From: a virus
Lineage: Duplodnaviria > Heunggongvirae > Uroviricota > Caudoviricetes
DNA length: 64,000 nucleotides
Strand: one strand, 5' to 3'
IMG/VR virus record: IMGVR_UViG_3300029850_000274
Span: 76,794 to 140,793 of that record
The number at the start of each line of letters is the position of its first letter. The stretch's first letter is position 1. The translations under genes and the position numbers were made by a program. Positions 1 to 8,179 of this stretch are shown one piece after another. The notes beneath the pieces are model-generated. The model was not told the DNA's origin and ran no database searches. It worked only from the letters and a program-made list of their open reading frames with translations.

Positions 1-143
1 CTGTGATTATTATTATTTAGTGTTCTTGCAATGTTTGGTTGAGATACTCCAACACGTCTTGCAAGTTCACTGTTACTTATATTATTATTTTTCATTTGCA
101 TTTTTAACAATGTGATAATATCACTTTGATTTTTAACAATCAT
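1..143 (-). CDS. XRE-family HTH repressor (cI-like), N-terminal part; CDS continues beyond window start
   Basis: Minus-strand ORF starts at ATG 143..141 with an AAAGGAA RBS. Translation MIVKNQSDIITLLKMQMKNNNISNSELARRVGVSQPNIARTLNNNNH carries a classic HTH (SELARRVGVSQPNIAR). It lies divergent to the twin rightward promoters. Confidence 0.6.
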   Translation of the reverse strand, partial: MIVKNQSDIITLLKMQMKNNNISNSELARRVGVSQPNIARTLNNNNH

Positions 144-226
144 ATTTATATAATTCCTTTTCTTTCTATATAATAAGGTAATTTTTCTTTTTTGTAATAT
201 ATTTGTATTATAACACAAAAAACGTA

Positions 227-255
227 TTGACAACATATATCAAATATGATATAGT
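227..255 (+). promoter_or_regulatory. Sigma-A type promoter P1 with embedded operator-like inverted repeat
   Basis: TTGACA (227-232), 17-nt spacer, TATAGT (250-255) preceded by TG at 247-248 (extended -10). The inverted repeat TATCA-N4-TGATA (238-251) sits inside the spacer. Confidence 0.6.
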
Positions 256-326
256 ATAAGTGTCTTAAAGATAAGGCATTAAAACAAAAGCCTTTGATTT
301 AAAAACAAAAAAGAGTTTAAAAACTC

Positions 327-355
327 TTGACAAGGTATATCAAATATGATATACT
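327..355 (+). promoter_or_regulatory. Sigma-A type promoter P2 (tandem copy of P1, exactly 100 bp downstream) with the same operator-like inverted repeat
   Basis: TTGACA (327-332), 17-nt spacer, TATACT (350-355) with TG at 347-348. TATCA-N4-TGATA at 338-351. Shares the 16-mer TATATCAAATATGATA with P1. Confidence 0.6.
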
Positions 356-477
356 TAAAACAAGTTAAGAGATAAGCCACTAAGGGCAAGGATAACAACC
401 GATACTTGAAACCTTGACTTAACCGCTAATCAATTAACAAGTAACTTATAATCAGACTTTTAAAGGAGCTGATAAAA

Positions 478-501
478 ATGAAAAAAATCTATACAATTTA
501 A
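478..501 (+). other. 7-codon upstream ORF (MKKIYTI) with strong SD; possible leader peptide
   Basis: AAAGGAG at 463-469 with 8-nt spacing to ATG 478; stop at 499-501. No long ORF follows for ~670 nt. Confidence 0.25.
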
Positions 502-1170
502 TACATCACTCATTAAGATATGAGTTACTTAAGTAAAGAAAAAAGAAGATTGCTACAGTCGTGATGATTGCAACAACCTTCATAAGATATTGATATACCT
601 TTACTTCGCAACTAAAGTATATCAAAAATCATTCTTTGGTGTCAAGTTTCTTTTGGCACATTTCCCAAACGGCTATACACAATTCCAAAGGTTGGTTACA
701 CAAGAAGTGACCAGGGTTGGTTGCAATACCCTAAAGGGTGAAGCGAAATACGTGTGAACCCTATGATTAATTAGTTGGATCTAAGCCAAAGTATTAACGG
801 CATTCATAGTTCGTTTGAGAAAATCACGCCACGTTGAAAAAGTAGACACTTATCAGAAGCAACATAGACTTAACATTGTACGGAATGACTAAGCACATAA
901 TAACAAGACTTTATACACCTTGTATGTGCTGATTAAATCTTTTTTGAATAAAACATCAAAACCAAAAGATTAACAATGAATCAACCAGTCATAAAGCTGG
1001 TTAAGATATCATAATTCTTTTATAGGTCGATGATGGGGTACAAATTAACGCCTTGCATGGTATGCACTCGAAAGACAAGCCACTGTCCATGACACTGTTA
1101 TTTGTATCCATTCATGAACTTATAAAAAATCCAGCCTTGAAAAGCTGGTCGTAGTGATAGGAGGTAAACA
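502..1170 (+). ncRNA. ORF-free, structured 5' leader / candidate non-coding RNA downstream of the twin promoters
   Basis: No ORF of 60 aa or more on either strand in a genome that is otherwise tightly packed. The region is locally GC-richer and has many complementary segments (GGTTGGTT x2, CCAGGG/CCCTAAAGGG/GGGT..ACCC). A hairpin plus T-run lies near 895-956. Confidence 0.25.
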
Positions 1171-1173
1171 ACT

Positions 1174-1356
1174 ATGAAAAGAATGAAATACTATATTGAT
1201 TATGTCGATAAAAAAACAAATGTGGAACATTCGACTAGTTTTGAAACAAAAATTGAATGTTGGGCTTTTATTCGAAAGAATGAAAAGGATATTCATTTAA
1301 CTAAAAAACCATATACAAGTGAGTTTCTTGATTGGTTTTTTAGTGAAGGAATATAG
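1174..1356 (+). CDS. hypothetical protein (60 aa)
   Basis: ORF with AGGAGG RBS 8 nt upstream of the ATG. Confidence 0.5.
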   Translation: MKRMKYYIDYVDKKTNVEHSTSFETKIECWAFIRKNEKDIHLTKKPYTSEFLDWFFSEGI

Positions 1357-1370
1357 CGTAAACCACAAAG

Positions 1371-1403
1371 GCACGATCTAAAAAAGATTGTGTCTTTTTT
1401 ATT
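1371..1403 (+). terminator. Rho-independent terminator
   Basis: Stem ACGATCT/AGATTGT (one G-U pair), loop AAAAA, followed by a TTTTTT run. Confidence 0.45.
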
Positions 1404-1461
1404 GTAACTATTTAAAATCCCGCTTTTATGTAGGGTAACTTAAGAAAGAAGGTATATTATT

Positions 1462-1824
1462 ATGAAAAAACTAACAATCGCAGAAAGAAGAGAAAAAGAA
1501 CTAGATATATTAATTAGTTATAAAACTAGCAACCCAACACCAGCGGATTATAAAGAAGCACGTAAAATAATGAATTCTTATTATCGTTTGTGTGGATTAG
1601 CTAATAGGAATTTAATGCTTACAAACAATGAAAATACTTATAATCGAGTAAGCACTCATAAGAGTGAAGAACGAGAAAGTAAATGGTTTAAACGATTACA
1701 AAAAACTTTCAAAGAAATCTATGGACTAGATCTTTTTTATGTGTCATGGTATCCATTAATTGGTGCAAAAGATACAACAAATGGAGGCATACAAGAATTA
1801 GTTCATGCTATTTTCTATAATTAG
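1462..1824 (+). CDS. hypothetical protein (120 aa)
   Basis: ORF. Its RBS context GAAAGAAGGTATATTATTATG repeats at 1845. Confidence 0.55.
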   Translation: MKKLTIAERREKELDILISYKTSNPTPADYKEARKIMNSYYRLCGLANRNLMLTNNENTYNRVSTHKSEERESKWFKRLQKTFKEIYGLDLFYVSWYPLIGAKDTTNGGIQELVHAIFYN

Positions 1825-1844
1825 ATTTAGAAAGAAGGTATATT

Positions 1845-2243
1845 ATGAGTATTACATATAACAAAGAAATCAACAAAAAAATCAGAATCTATTTAACGGA
1901 ATCAATCAAAGATTGGTTAGAAGCACACGAGTATGATAAAAAGGACTGTGAAAACAGTCCTTTTCTTACTTACTGGAATATCATAACAGATGAAATCAAC
2001 GGCGGTATTTATGATAAATACACCAACTTTGAAAAGTGGAAACATTTCCACATGGGGTTGCGTGGTTTTGGTGCTGATATTTATTGTCTATACAAAGATG
2101 ATGAAAGAGTATCAAGTATTATCATGAAAGACTGGACTGGAAGAGAAGTTGTTGACGTGGAAGAAACGGCAAACTTAATGGATTATCTTTGCTTTAGGGA
2201 GTTTAGAAAGCTACTTAAAAAAGAAAGTAATATTATTATTTAG
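1845..2243 (+). CDS. hypothetical protein (132 aa)
   Basis: ORF with the same GAAAGAAGGTATATTATG translation-initiation cassette as the preceding gene. Confidence 0.55.
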   Translation: MSITYNKEINKKIRIYLTESIKDWLEAHEYDKKDCENSPFLTYWNIITDEINGGIYDKYTNFEKWKHFHMGLRGFGADIYCLYKDDERVSSIIMKDWTGREVVDVEETANLMDYLCFREFRKLLKKESNIII

Positions 2244-2256
2244 GAGGTTATTAATC

Positions 2257-2472
2257 ATGAAAATAATACATACAAACAACGATAGTTTATTTACAATCAA
2301 AGAAACGCCAAACGGGATTTTTGTTAAAGGGTTTGGTAATGACGATAATGAAATGTGTATACCCGATCATGAAATAGTAATGTTGTTAAATTATTACCAT
2401 AATTGTAAAGAAGGGTTAGAATCACAAGATTATATTAACGATAAACCATATACACTAAACGATATTAAATAA
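2257..2472 (+). CDS. hypothetical protein (71 aa)
   Basis: ORF with TAGGAGG RBS. Confidence 0.5.
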   Translation: MKIIHTNNDSLFTIKETPNGIFVKGFGNDDNEMCIPDHEIVMLLNYYHNCKEGLESQDYINDKPYTLNDIK

Positions 2473-2487
2473 AAGGAGTGTTTTAAA

Positions 2488-2850
2488 ATGGAACAATATT
2501 TATATGCTGATGAATATGATGATAATGAGATTAAAATTCTAACGGTTGGGCAACTGTTAGAATTTTTTAATAAATCGGATGATAAAAAGAACGGTTCAAG
2601 TTTAGATGATTATATTAAAGACAATATAAGAATGGATCTTATTGAACCGTTTTGCCCACATAAAGAAGCAGAAACGGTTGTTTGTGATTTACAACCATTA
2701 GCAAAACAGTATATCTTGCAAGAAGCTGAGAAGGTTTTTAATGGTATGCCGTGGGTAGATACTCAAGAAGAACTTGACAATGTATATCATGAGAAAATCA
2801 AGAACTTATATGATACGGTTGATTTTTCAGAGTTTGTGGCGTATTTATAG
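2488..2850 (+). CDS. hypothetical acidic protein (120 aa)
   Basis: ORF with AAAGGAG RBS. Confidence 0.55.
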   Translation: MEQYLYADEYDDNEIKILTVGQLLEFFNKSDDKKNGSSLDDYIKDNIRMDLIEPFCPHKEAETVVCDLQPLAKQYILQEAEKVFNGMPWVDTQEELDNVYHEKIKNLYDTVDFSEFVAYL

Positions 2851-2862
2851 ATTGAATATTAT

Positions 2863-2896
2863 AGACAAGTCAAAACACGACTTGTCTATTTTATTG
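2863..2896 (+). terminator. Rho-independent terminator
   Basis: AGACAAGTC ... GACTTGTCT stem (9 bp), then ATTTTATT. Confidence 0.55.
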
Positions 2897-2943
2897 AACT
2901 TATAAAGAAATAAAGTCCCGTAAAGGGCAGAAGGAAGGATATT

Positions 2944-3195
2944 ATGACAAAATATAAAGTGATTTTTGGTTATTTCAGCGAACTTGTAACAGTTGACGAA
3001 CCTACAACGGATTATGGTGCAATCTTAGATCTTGCGATCGATCAACTAGAATCTAATGGAAATATGGGCGTATTTGTTTCAGATGAAGATATAGAACGTG
3101 ATGGGATCACTGATGATATGTATATCACTGGTGGAAATCACGGACTGAACTTATATCACGGTGGTAATTTTATGATAGAAAGAGTTGACGAGTAG
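2944..3195 (+). CDS. hypothetical protein (83 aa)
   Basis: ORF with GAAGGAAGGA RBS. Confidence 0.5.
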   Translation: MTKYKVIFGYFSELVTVDEPTTDYGAILDLAIDQLESNGNMGVFVSDEDIERDGITDDMYITGGNHGLNLYHGGNFMIERVDE

Positions 3196-3210
3196 GAGGA
3201 GGAAAGAACA

Positions 3211-3402
3211 ATGGAAAAAACACAATTACATAAACCACAAACGATAGATATAGCCGTTGCGATTGTAGGAATTGCAATGGCTATTATTGCGTTTATAAAG
3301 ATCCCGCAAGCCTTTATATTAGAAGCGTTGTTGGTAATGATTACCGCTGTCTATATGCTTGCTTGCGTTGGATTTTTTGATGATGATACAGATACAGAAT
3401 AA
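3211..3402 (+). CDS. small membrane protein (63 aa)
   Basis: ORF with GGAGGAGG RBS. Hydrophobic core IAVAIVGIAMAIIAFI. Confidence 0.5.
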   Translation: MEKTQLHKPQTIDIAVAIVGIAMAIIAFIKIPQAFILEALLVMITAVYMLACVGFFDDDTDTE

Positions 3403-3421
3403 GAAAGAATGTAAACACACA

Positions 3422-4030
3422 ATGAGAACAAAACAGAACAAAACAATCAAGATCCTATTAGCCGTAGTACTCATATTTACGGCTTTTTTAATCTTTGGAA
3501 ATACTGTACACGCAAAGACAAAAAGAAGCACGTACAGAACGATAAACGGTATTTATAACAGTGACGGCACAATAGATACGGCAGATGGTTATTGTTGGAA
3601 AGTTCGCAAGGAATCGTATGCCTATCCAGGGACTACACTCGCAACTATAAAATTTAACACACACGGCACTAGAAACAAGCTCGATGATTCTATTGTAAAG
3701 ATCACGGCAAAGAACAGAAATATTCAGCTTGTAAACGATTATATACGACATGAATACGATCTAAATGCCTATAGAGTAAAGTATATCAGCACTGGCAAAT
3801 TAACCGATAAAATGATCCGTGAACGTGCTGTAAAGCATACGATTTATGTGGAAATTATTAAAAGTGTTTCTGCCGGAGGTAAACATGGAACGTATGGAAA
3901 AGGTTACTACCTTGCGTATAACAAACGTGTAAGAAAAGGAAAGCACGTGACAAGTTATTGTGTATGGAATCCTTGTAACGCCTATTGTGATGATGTAGAA
4001 GCCGTGGCAGATAATGGAAAAATCAGATAG
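3422..4030 (+). CDS. secreted protein with N-terminal signal peptide (about 203 aa), function unknown
   Basis: Internal Met at 3422 gives MRTKQNKTIKILLAVVLIFTAFLIFGNTVHA-KTK, which is signal-peptide-like. The 3359 start in the ORF track would overlap the previous gene. Confidence 0.5.
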   Translation: MRTKQNKTIKILLAVVLIFTAFLIFGNTVHAKTKRSTYRTINGIYNSDGTIDTADGYCWKVRKESYAYPGTTLATIKFNTHGTRNKLDDSIVKITAKNRNIQLVNDYIRHEYDLNAYRVKYISTGKLTDKMIRERAVKHTIYVEIIKSVSAGGKHGTYGKGYYLAYNKRVRKGKHVTSYCVWNPCNAYCDDVEAVADNGKIR

Positions 4031-4047
4031 AAAGAAGGTTGGAAGAA

Positions 4048-4284
4048 ATGAAACTTATAGCACAAACAATCAAAGGATATGAATATATGCACTCTAAAGA
4101 ACTTGCATTTTTTGTACCGAATGCAAGTGCAGATAAGATCTGTAAAATCATGAATGACGTTAGGTTCAGACTGAAAAACGAAAATGAAATCTATCATGTA
4201 TATGAATACGACAGTATGCAAGATTATTATGTTATGAACCGATTAAGTATGTATAAAGGTGTTGTAAAATTAAAAGCATTATAA
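4048..4284 (+). CDS. hypothetical protein
   Basis: ORF. ATG at 4048 follows GAAGGTTGGAAGAA. The 4039 start in the track is TTG. Confidence 0.45.
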   Translation: MKLIAQTIKGYEYMHSKELAFFVPNASADKICKIMNDVRFRLKNENEIYHVYEYDSMQDYYVMNRLSMYKGVVKLKAL

Positions 4285-4302
4285 ACCAGGAGGAACAATA
4301 GA

Positions 4303-4575
4303 ATGGAAATTTTAAAGATGACAAGAACAAACATGGTAGTGATTCAGACAGTGGAAAAGGAAGAACGTAACACTTTTGACATTGGAAAAATCAGAGTCTC
4401 AGCCTTGCCACCGATCGCAAAGAAAGATCTTATCGCAGAACTTAAAAGCAAAGGCTTCTGCGAAGGAATGATTTATACGGTATTACAATGCAAGCTGGAA
4501 GATCTAAACGGATATGTGAACGTATGGAAGTATGTAGCATATATCCTTGCTGTAGAACTGATGGAAAGATTATAA
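4303..4575 (+). CDS. hypothetical protein (90 aa)
   Basis: ORF with CAGGAGG RBS. Confidence 0.5.
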   Translation: MEILKMTRTNMVVIQTVEKEERNTFDIGKIRVSALPPIAKKDLIAELKSKGFCEGMIYTVLQCKLEDLNGYVNVWKYVAYILAVELMERL

Positions 4576-4592
4576 GAAAGTAGGTGGAAATT

Positions 4593-4769
4593 ATGATAGT
4601 AAGAAATGAATATCCTGACGGTAGAACGGAAATTTTCTGTAACACGCCTGATGAGTATAACGACTTATGCTGTGAGTACGATCTTGAAGGTTGCGGTAAC
4701 AGTGGAAAATATGTTGGATCTAGTTGGTCACACGATGATAAGAACAATGTAGATGTTTATTATAGATAG
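4593..4769 (+). CDS. hypothetical protein (58 aa)
   Basis: ORF with RBS AGGTGG and spacer AAATT to the ATG. This is the recurring AGGTGGAAATTATG cassette. Confidence 0.45.
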   Translation: MIVRNEYPDGRTEIFCNTPDEYNDLCCEYDLEGCGNSGKYVGSSWSHDDKNNVDVYYR

Positions 4770-4785
4770 AAAGGAATAGAGAATC

Positions 4786-5457
4786 ATGGAAAACGCAGAA
4801 AAGATTATCAATAAAATTAAGAAGGTACTGGAACTATCAAAGAACAATCCATCGGAAAAAGAAGCCCAGGCGGCAGCCTTAAAGGCACAGAAATTGATGG
4901 CAGAGTACCATATTTCTATGGAAGAAGTCAGCGGTATTGAAGATTCTGAAAATATTTCAGAAGAATGTACTAATGTAGGAACTGGGAACAAATGGAAATA
5001 TAGATTATCTACGATCATTGCAAGAAACTTTAGATGCCAACATTTTTATTATGGAAAATCCACTGTTGTATTTTATGGATACAAAACAGATGCAGAAATT
5101 GCAACAGAAACTTTCAAGTATCTTTTTAATATGGGTAATAAATTAGCAACTAAATTTTACAATAAGAAGAAAAAGGAATGTAAAGAAATTGGAATCAGTT
5201 TTTACGGGAAAGGCATTAAGAACTGTTTTCTTATTGGATTTTTAGATGGTATTGCAGAAATTTTGGAAAAACAATGTACAGCATTGATGATCGTGACACC
5301 AAAAGAAGTAGAAGAAGCCTTTAAGGAAAGAACAAAAGATTGTAAAACTACAAAAAACAGACTAAACACAAGAAGTTACTACGCAAAAGAATCATGGGAA
5401 GAAGGTAAACGTAGTGGAAAAAATGCTATCGGAAGTAGACAGCTTGCAATGGCATAG
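4786..5457 (+). CDS. hypothetical protein (223 aa); N-terminus resembles the DUF2786-type KI..KI.KLL.L...N.EaEAaaAl.kAq.Lm motif
   Basis: ORF with RBS. N-terminus KIINKIKKVLELSKNNPSEKEAQAAALKAQKLMAEYHI. Confidence 0.5.
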   Translation: MENAEKIINKIKKVLELSKNNPSEKEAQAAALKAQKLMAEYHISMEEVSGIEDSENISEECTNVGTGNKWKYRLSTIIARNFRCQHFYYGKSTVVFYGYKTDAEIATETFKYLFNMGNKLATKFYNKKKKECKEIGISFYGKGIKNCFLIGFLDGIAEILEKQCTALMIVTPKEVEEAFKERTKDCKTTKNRLNTRSYYAKESWEEGKRSGKNAIGSRQLAMA

Positions 5458-5473
5458 AAAGTAGGTGGAAAGA

Positions 5474-5722
5474 ATGAGTCGCAGAACGACTATGGAAGCA
5501 TTAGCGTGTCACATTGAACGAAAGTACAACACACTGTACTACACGGAAAATCCTCCGAACGCTGGAATTGATGATAGCTTACATGGTTACAAATACTTCT
5601 TATTATTCAAGAACACGTTCGGAATTTTTCGGAAGTATAGAACACAAGAAGAAGCAATTAACAGCATGACGGAAATTTTAAAAGAAGATCCGTCAGAATT
5701 ATTTAGTTACATAGCCAATTAA
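5474..5722 (+). CDS. hypothetical protein
   Basis: ORF. ATG sits after GTAGGTGGAAAGA, a variant of the repeated cassette. Confidence 0.45.
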   Translation: MSRRTTMEALACHIERKYNTLYYTENPPNAGIDDSLHGYKYFLLFKNTFGIFRKYRTQEEAINSMTEILKEDPSELFSYIAN

Positions 5723-5892
5723 AGGCTTTTACTACTCATGATGATATGAGTATACACCCTAACGGAAAGACTCGACTATTGAAGCTAATAGTTACTTTAA
5801 ATGAACGGAATGACTGTACTACTGGTTGATGGTAGTGACGTATTGGAACGGAAAAACGGTGGCGTATGGTAGATAAAAGAGTGCTTTTATCA

Positions 5893-5917
5893 GGCGGTTC
5901 AATTCCGCCCCTCGCCA
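5893..5917 (+). other. tRNA 3'-half-like element (T-arm plus 3' acceptor strand) without a matching 5' half
   Basis: GGCGG-TTCAATT-CCGCC forms a canonical T-stem and T-loop (TTCRANY). It is followed by CCTCGCC-A. No complementary GGCGAGG, D-arm or anticodon arm lies upstream within plausible distance. Confidence 0.3.
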
Positions 5918-6000
5918 CTTTTCACGATGGAAATTATCGTGTATAATATAAGAGAACTGTTAATATTTTAAAGTCCTGAATAGGCAGAAAGAAGGAAATT

Positions 6001-6480
6001 GTGTACGAGTTTAAAGAATTGATCTTGCCTGAACATTTTAGACACGCCTCATACGGAGGATTTTGTGTAAAACCTGGAATGTTTTATGGTGTAGAGAAAG
6101 AAACTGGAAAATTAGTTGCTACAACGGGCTGGAATGTAAATGGATTAACAAACATTTATATCCAACACGAGCCAAAGTCACAATGGAACAACGACTTATG
6201 GGAAGATCTTTACGATGATTATGGAAAACCTTTAATCACGATTGAAGAGAATGACTTGAAACGGATTAGTGATAAGGTTAAAGATTTTCAGAAGTCGGCA
6301 ATGGATTTTGAAACGTGGGCAGACGAAAACGGATATGATGAAGAATATTGTGAAGATCTTACTAGAGAAGAACTAGATCAGATAGAAGAATCTTATGAAT
6401 ATTATTACTTTATGGAATATCCTGAGTTTGTAATTCAGCTTTTAAAAGAACGTTGGGATTTAGAAAATTATGAAGAATAG
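6001..6480 (+). CDS. hypothetical acidic protein (159 aa), GTG start
   Basis: ORF. AGAAGGAAATT precedes the GTG. Confidence 0.45.
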   Translation: MYEFKELILPEHFRHASYGGFCVKPGMFYGVEKETGKLVATTGWNVNGLTNIYIQHEPKSQWNNDLWEDLYDDYGKPLITIEENDLKRISDKVKDFQKSAMDFETWADENGYDEEYCEDLTREELDQIEESYEYYYFMEYPEFVIQLLKERWDLENYEE

Positions 6481-6493
6481 GAAGGTGGAAATT

Positions 6494-6823
6494 ATGAAAT
6501 CATATAAAGAATACGATAGAGAATTTATCGGAGATAGTGATATTGCAGCTTTAATTTTTGTAGGCACAACAAAAGATGGATTGAAGGCAAACATCTTAAA
6601 TTTTGGCTCTGATGGAAGATATAATGCTTATGTTGTGGATGAGAACGCAAAGATCGGAGATCACTATACCTTAGAGATGGAGTTTGAAACGTCATCAGGT
6701 TTTAAGGCATGGCTTAAAATTTATGATGATGAAGGATTGACAGCAGATTATAGTGCAGACAAAATTAGAGTATATCGTGCTGGAGATTTTGGTTGTATTA
6801 TTCAGCTTATCGGAAAGAAATAA
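6494..6823 (+). CDS. hypothetical protein
   Basis: ORF with GGAAGGTGGAAATTATG cassette. Confidence 0.5.
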   Translation: MKSYKEYDREFIGDSDIAALIFVGTTKDGLKANILNFGSDGRYNAYVVDENAKIGDHYTLEMEFETSSGFKAWLKIYDDEGLTADYSADKIRVYRAGDFGCIIQLIGKK

Positions 6824-6913
6824 TAACGGAAAATTTAATACAAGAACAAAGTAATCTAGGAAGATGCAGAAATGTATCTTCCTTTTTTAATGGAAAGATA
6901 TGAGGTGGAAATT

Positions 6914-7351
6914 ATGAACAAATATAGAGATTATTATAGTGCAATTGTAGAAACAGAAAACGGATTAGATATTGATGTTTTGGAATTAGTTGATTGTGAG
7001 TTAGAACGACAGAAATATGGAGAACAACCAATCGTCGGAATGATTGCAAGTGATATTATCAATGAATTCAAAGAACATCAATTTACATGGCGTGACATTG
7101 TAGAGGTTCATGGAAAATATTATGCAGAGGAGTTCCCGATTAGCGGTATCATGGATGGTTCTGACGCATATCAGATTGATGATTTTTTAGATGCTGTAGC
7201 TGAAAAATACAATGTTGATCTTAGAAAAGAACAAATTAAAACTTATGTGATGGATAATATTGACTTCAATCCTGAGGAAGTAGAATTTGAGGCAGAGGAT
7301 TGTGGTTGCTATATTGATGGAAAACCTGAATGGTTTGATATAGAAGAATAG
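6914..7351 (+). CDS. hypothetical acidic protein
   Basis: ORF with GAGGTGGAAATTATG cassette. Confidence 0.5.
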   Translation: MNKYRDYYSAIVETENGLDIDVLELVDCELERQKYGEQPIVGMIASDIINEFKEHQFTWRDIVEVHGKYYAEEFPISGIMDGSDAYQIDDFLDAVAEKYNVDLRKEQIKTYVMDNIDFNPEEVEFEAEDCGCYIDGKPEWFDIEE

Positions 7352-7362
7352 AGGTGGAAATT

Positions 7363-7533
7363 ATGGTATGGAATCATATTAAATTTGAAGATGGATCTAA
7401 TCCATATATTTGTAAAACTGATAAAGAGCTGGAAAGAATGAAACGGAAATATGACCTTGTGCAGCTTGACGGAAATTTTTGGTTAGCAAAAGATCATAAG
7501 GCAAAAGCAGACTTAGGTGGATTAATGTTTTAA
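7363..7533 (+). CDS. hypothetical protein (56 aa; below the 60-aa cut-off of the ORF track)
   Basis: AGAGGTGGAAATTATG cassette followed by an intact 56-codon ORF (MVWNHIKFEDGSNPYICKTDKELERMKRKYDLVQLDGNFWLAKDHKAKADLGGLMF). Confidence 0.4.
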   Translation: MVWNHIKFEDGSNPYICKTDKELERMKRKYDLVQLDGNFWLAKDHKAKADLGGLMF

Positions 7534-7551
7534 AGATTAGGAGGAATGAAT

Positions 7552-7836
7552 ATGCAGACAGTAAAATTTGCAACAAAGGAAAATGATAAAGCAATATGTT
7601 GGTGTACGACAAATGATCTTGTCACATTCAGAGATTTTATGCAATACATTCTTGATAATACGAATAATCCACATGATTTTATGATTATTGATACCAAAAA
7701 AGATCTTGTCTATGACTTTTATAGAGTTGCAACGGAACAGTATGGCATGAGAAAAAGAACTTTTGAAGAAAGAATGAATGGTGTTCAGACTGGAAAATGG
7801 AGTAAGTATACAAAAGAAGAATTGAAAGCCTTATAG
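7552..7836 (+). CDS. hypothetical protein
   Basis: ORF. AGGAGG lies 7 nt before ATG 7552. The 7546 ATG is too close to the RBS. Confidence 0.5.
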   Translation: MQTVKFATKENDKAICWCTTNDLVTFRDFMQYILDNTNNPHDFMIIDTKKDLVYDFYRVATEQYGMRKRTFEERMNGVQTGKWSKYTKEELKAL

Positions 7837-7866
7837 AAAGTTTTATTACAGATAGGAGTGGAAATT

Positions 7867-8142
7867 ATGAAAGAAAATTATATTGTAGTTACATCAGGCG
7901 GAACAGTACGTGCAACATTAACAAGTAGAGTAGAAGAAATCTTAACTGAATTCAAGCCAAAAGGATGTCCGTTTGGAAATTATTCACTGTTAAATTTATT
8001 ACAAGATTGGGTTGGTATGTATGCATGGCAGTTGCCAAAGAATAAACCTATGTCAGTAGTTGAATGTATTGAACGATTGGATATGGATGGAACATCTATT
8101 TATAAAGAATCAATGATTCGATTGATTGAAGCAGTAGCATAA
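7867..8142 (+). CDS. hypothetical protein
   Basis: ORF with ATAGGAGTGGAAATTATG cassette. Confidence 0.5.
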   Translation: MKENYIVVTSGGTVRATLTSRVEEILTEFKPKGCPFGNYSLLNLLQDWVGMYAWQLPKNKPMSVVECIERLDMDGTSIYKESMIRLIEAVA

Positions 8143-8179
8143 AAGAAAAGTTTTATTACATGAATAGGAGTGACGAACA

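Noticed and set aside
3359-3421. Upstream start at 3359 for the secreted protein given in the ORF track
   Set aside because: It would overlap the previous gene by 44 nt and put 21 residues before a textbook signal peptide. The internal Met at 3422 is preferred.
5736-5918. Minus-strand 60-aa ORF from the six-frame track
   Set aside because: No RBS and no start context. It overlaps the tRNA-like T-arm/acceptor element on the + strand, and the protein sequence is of low complexity. It is best explained as a chance ORF.
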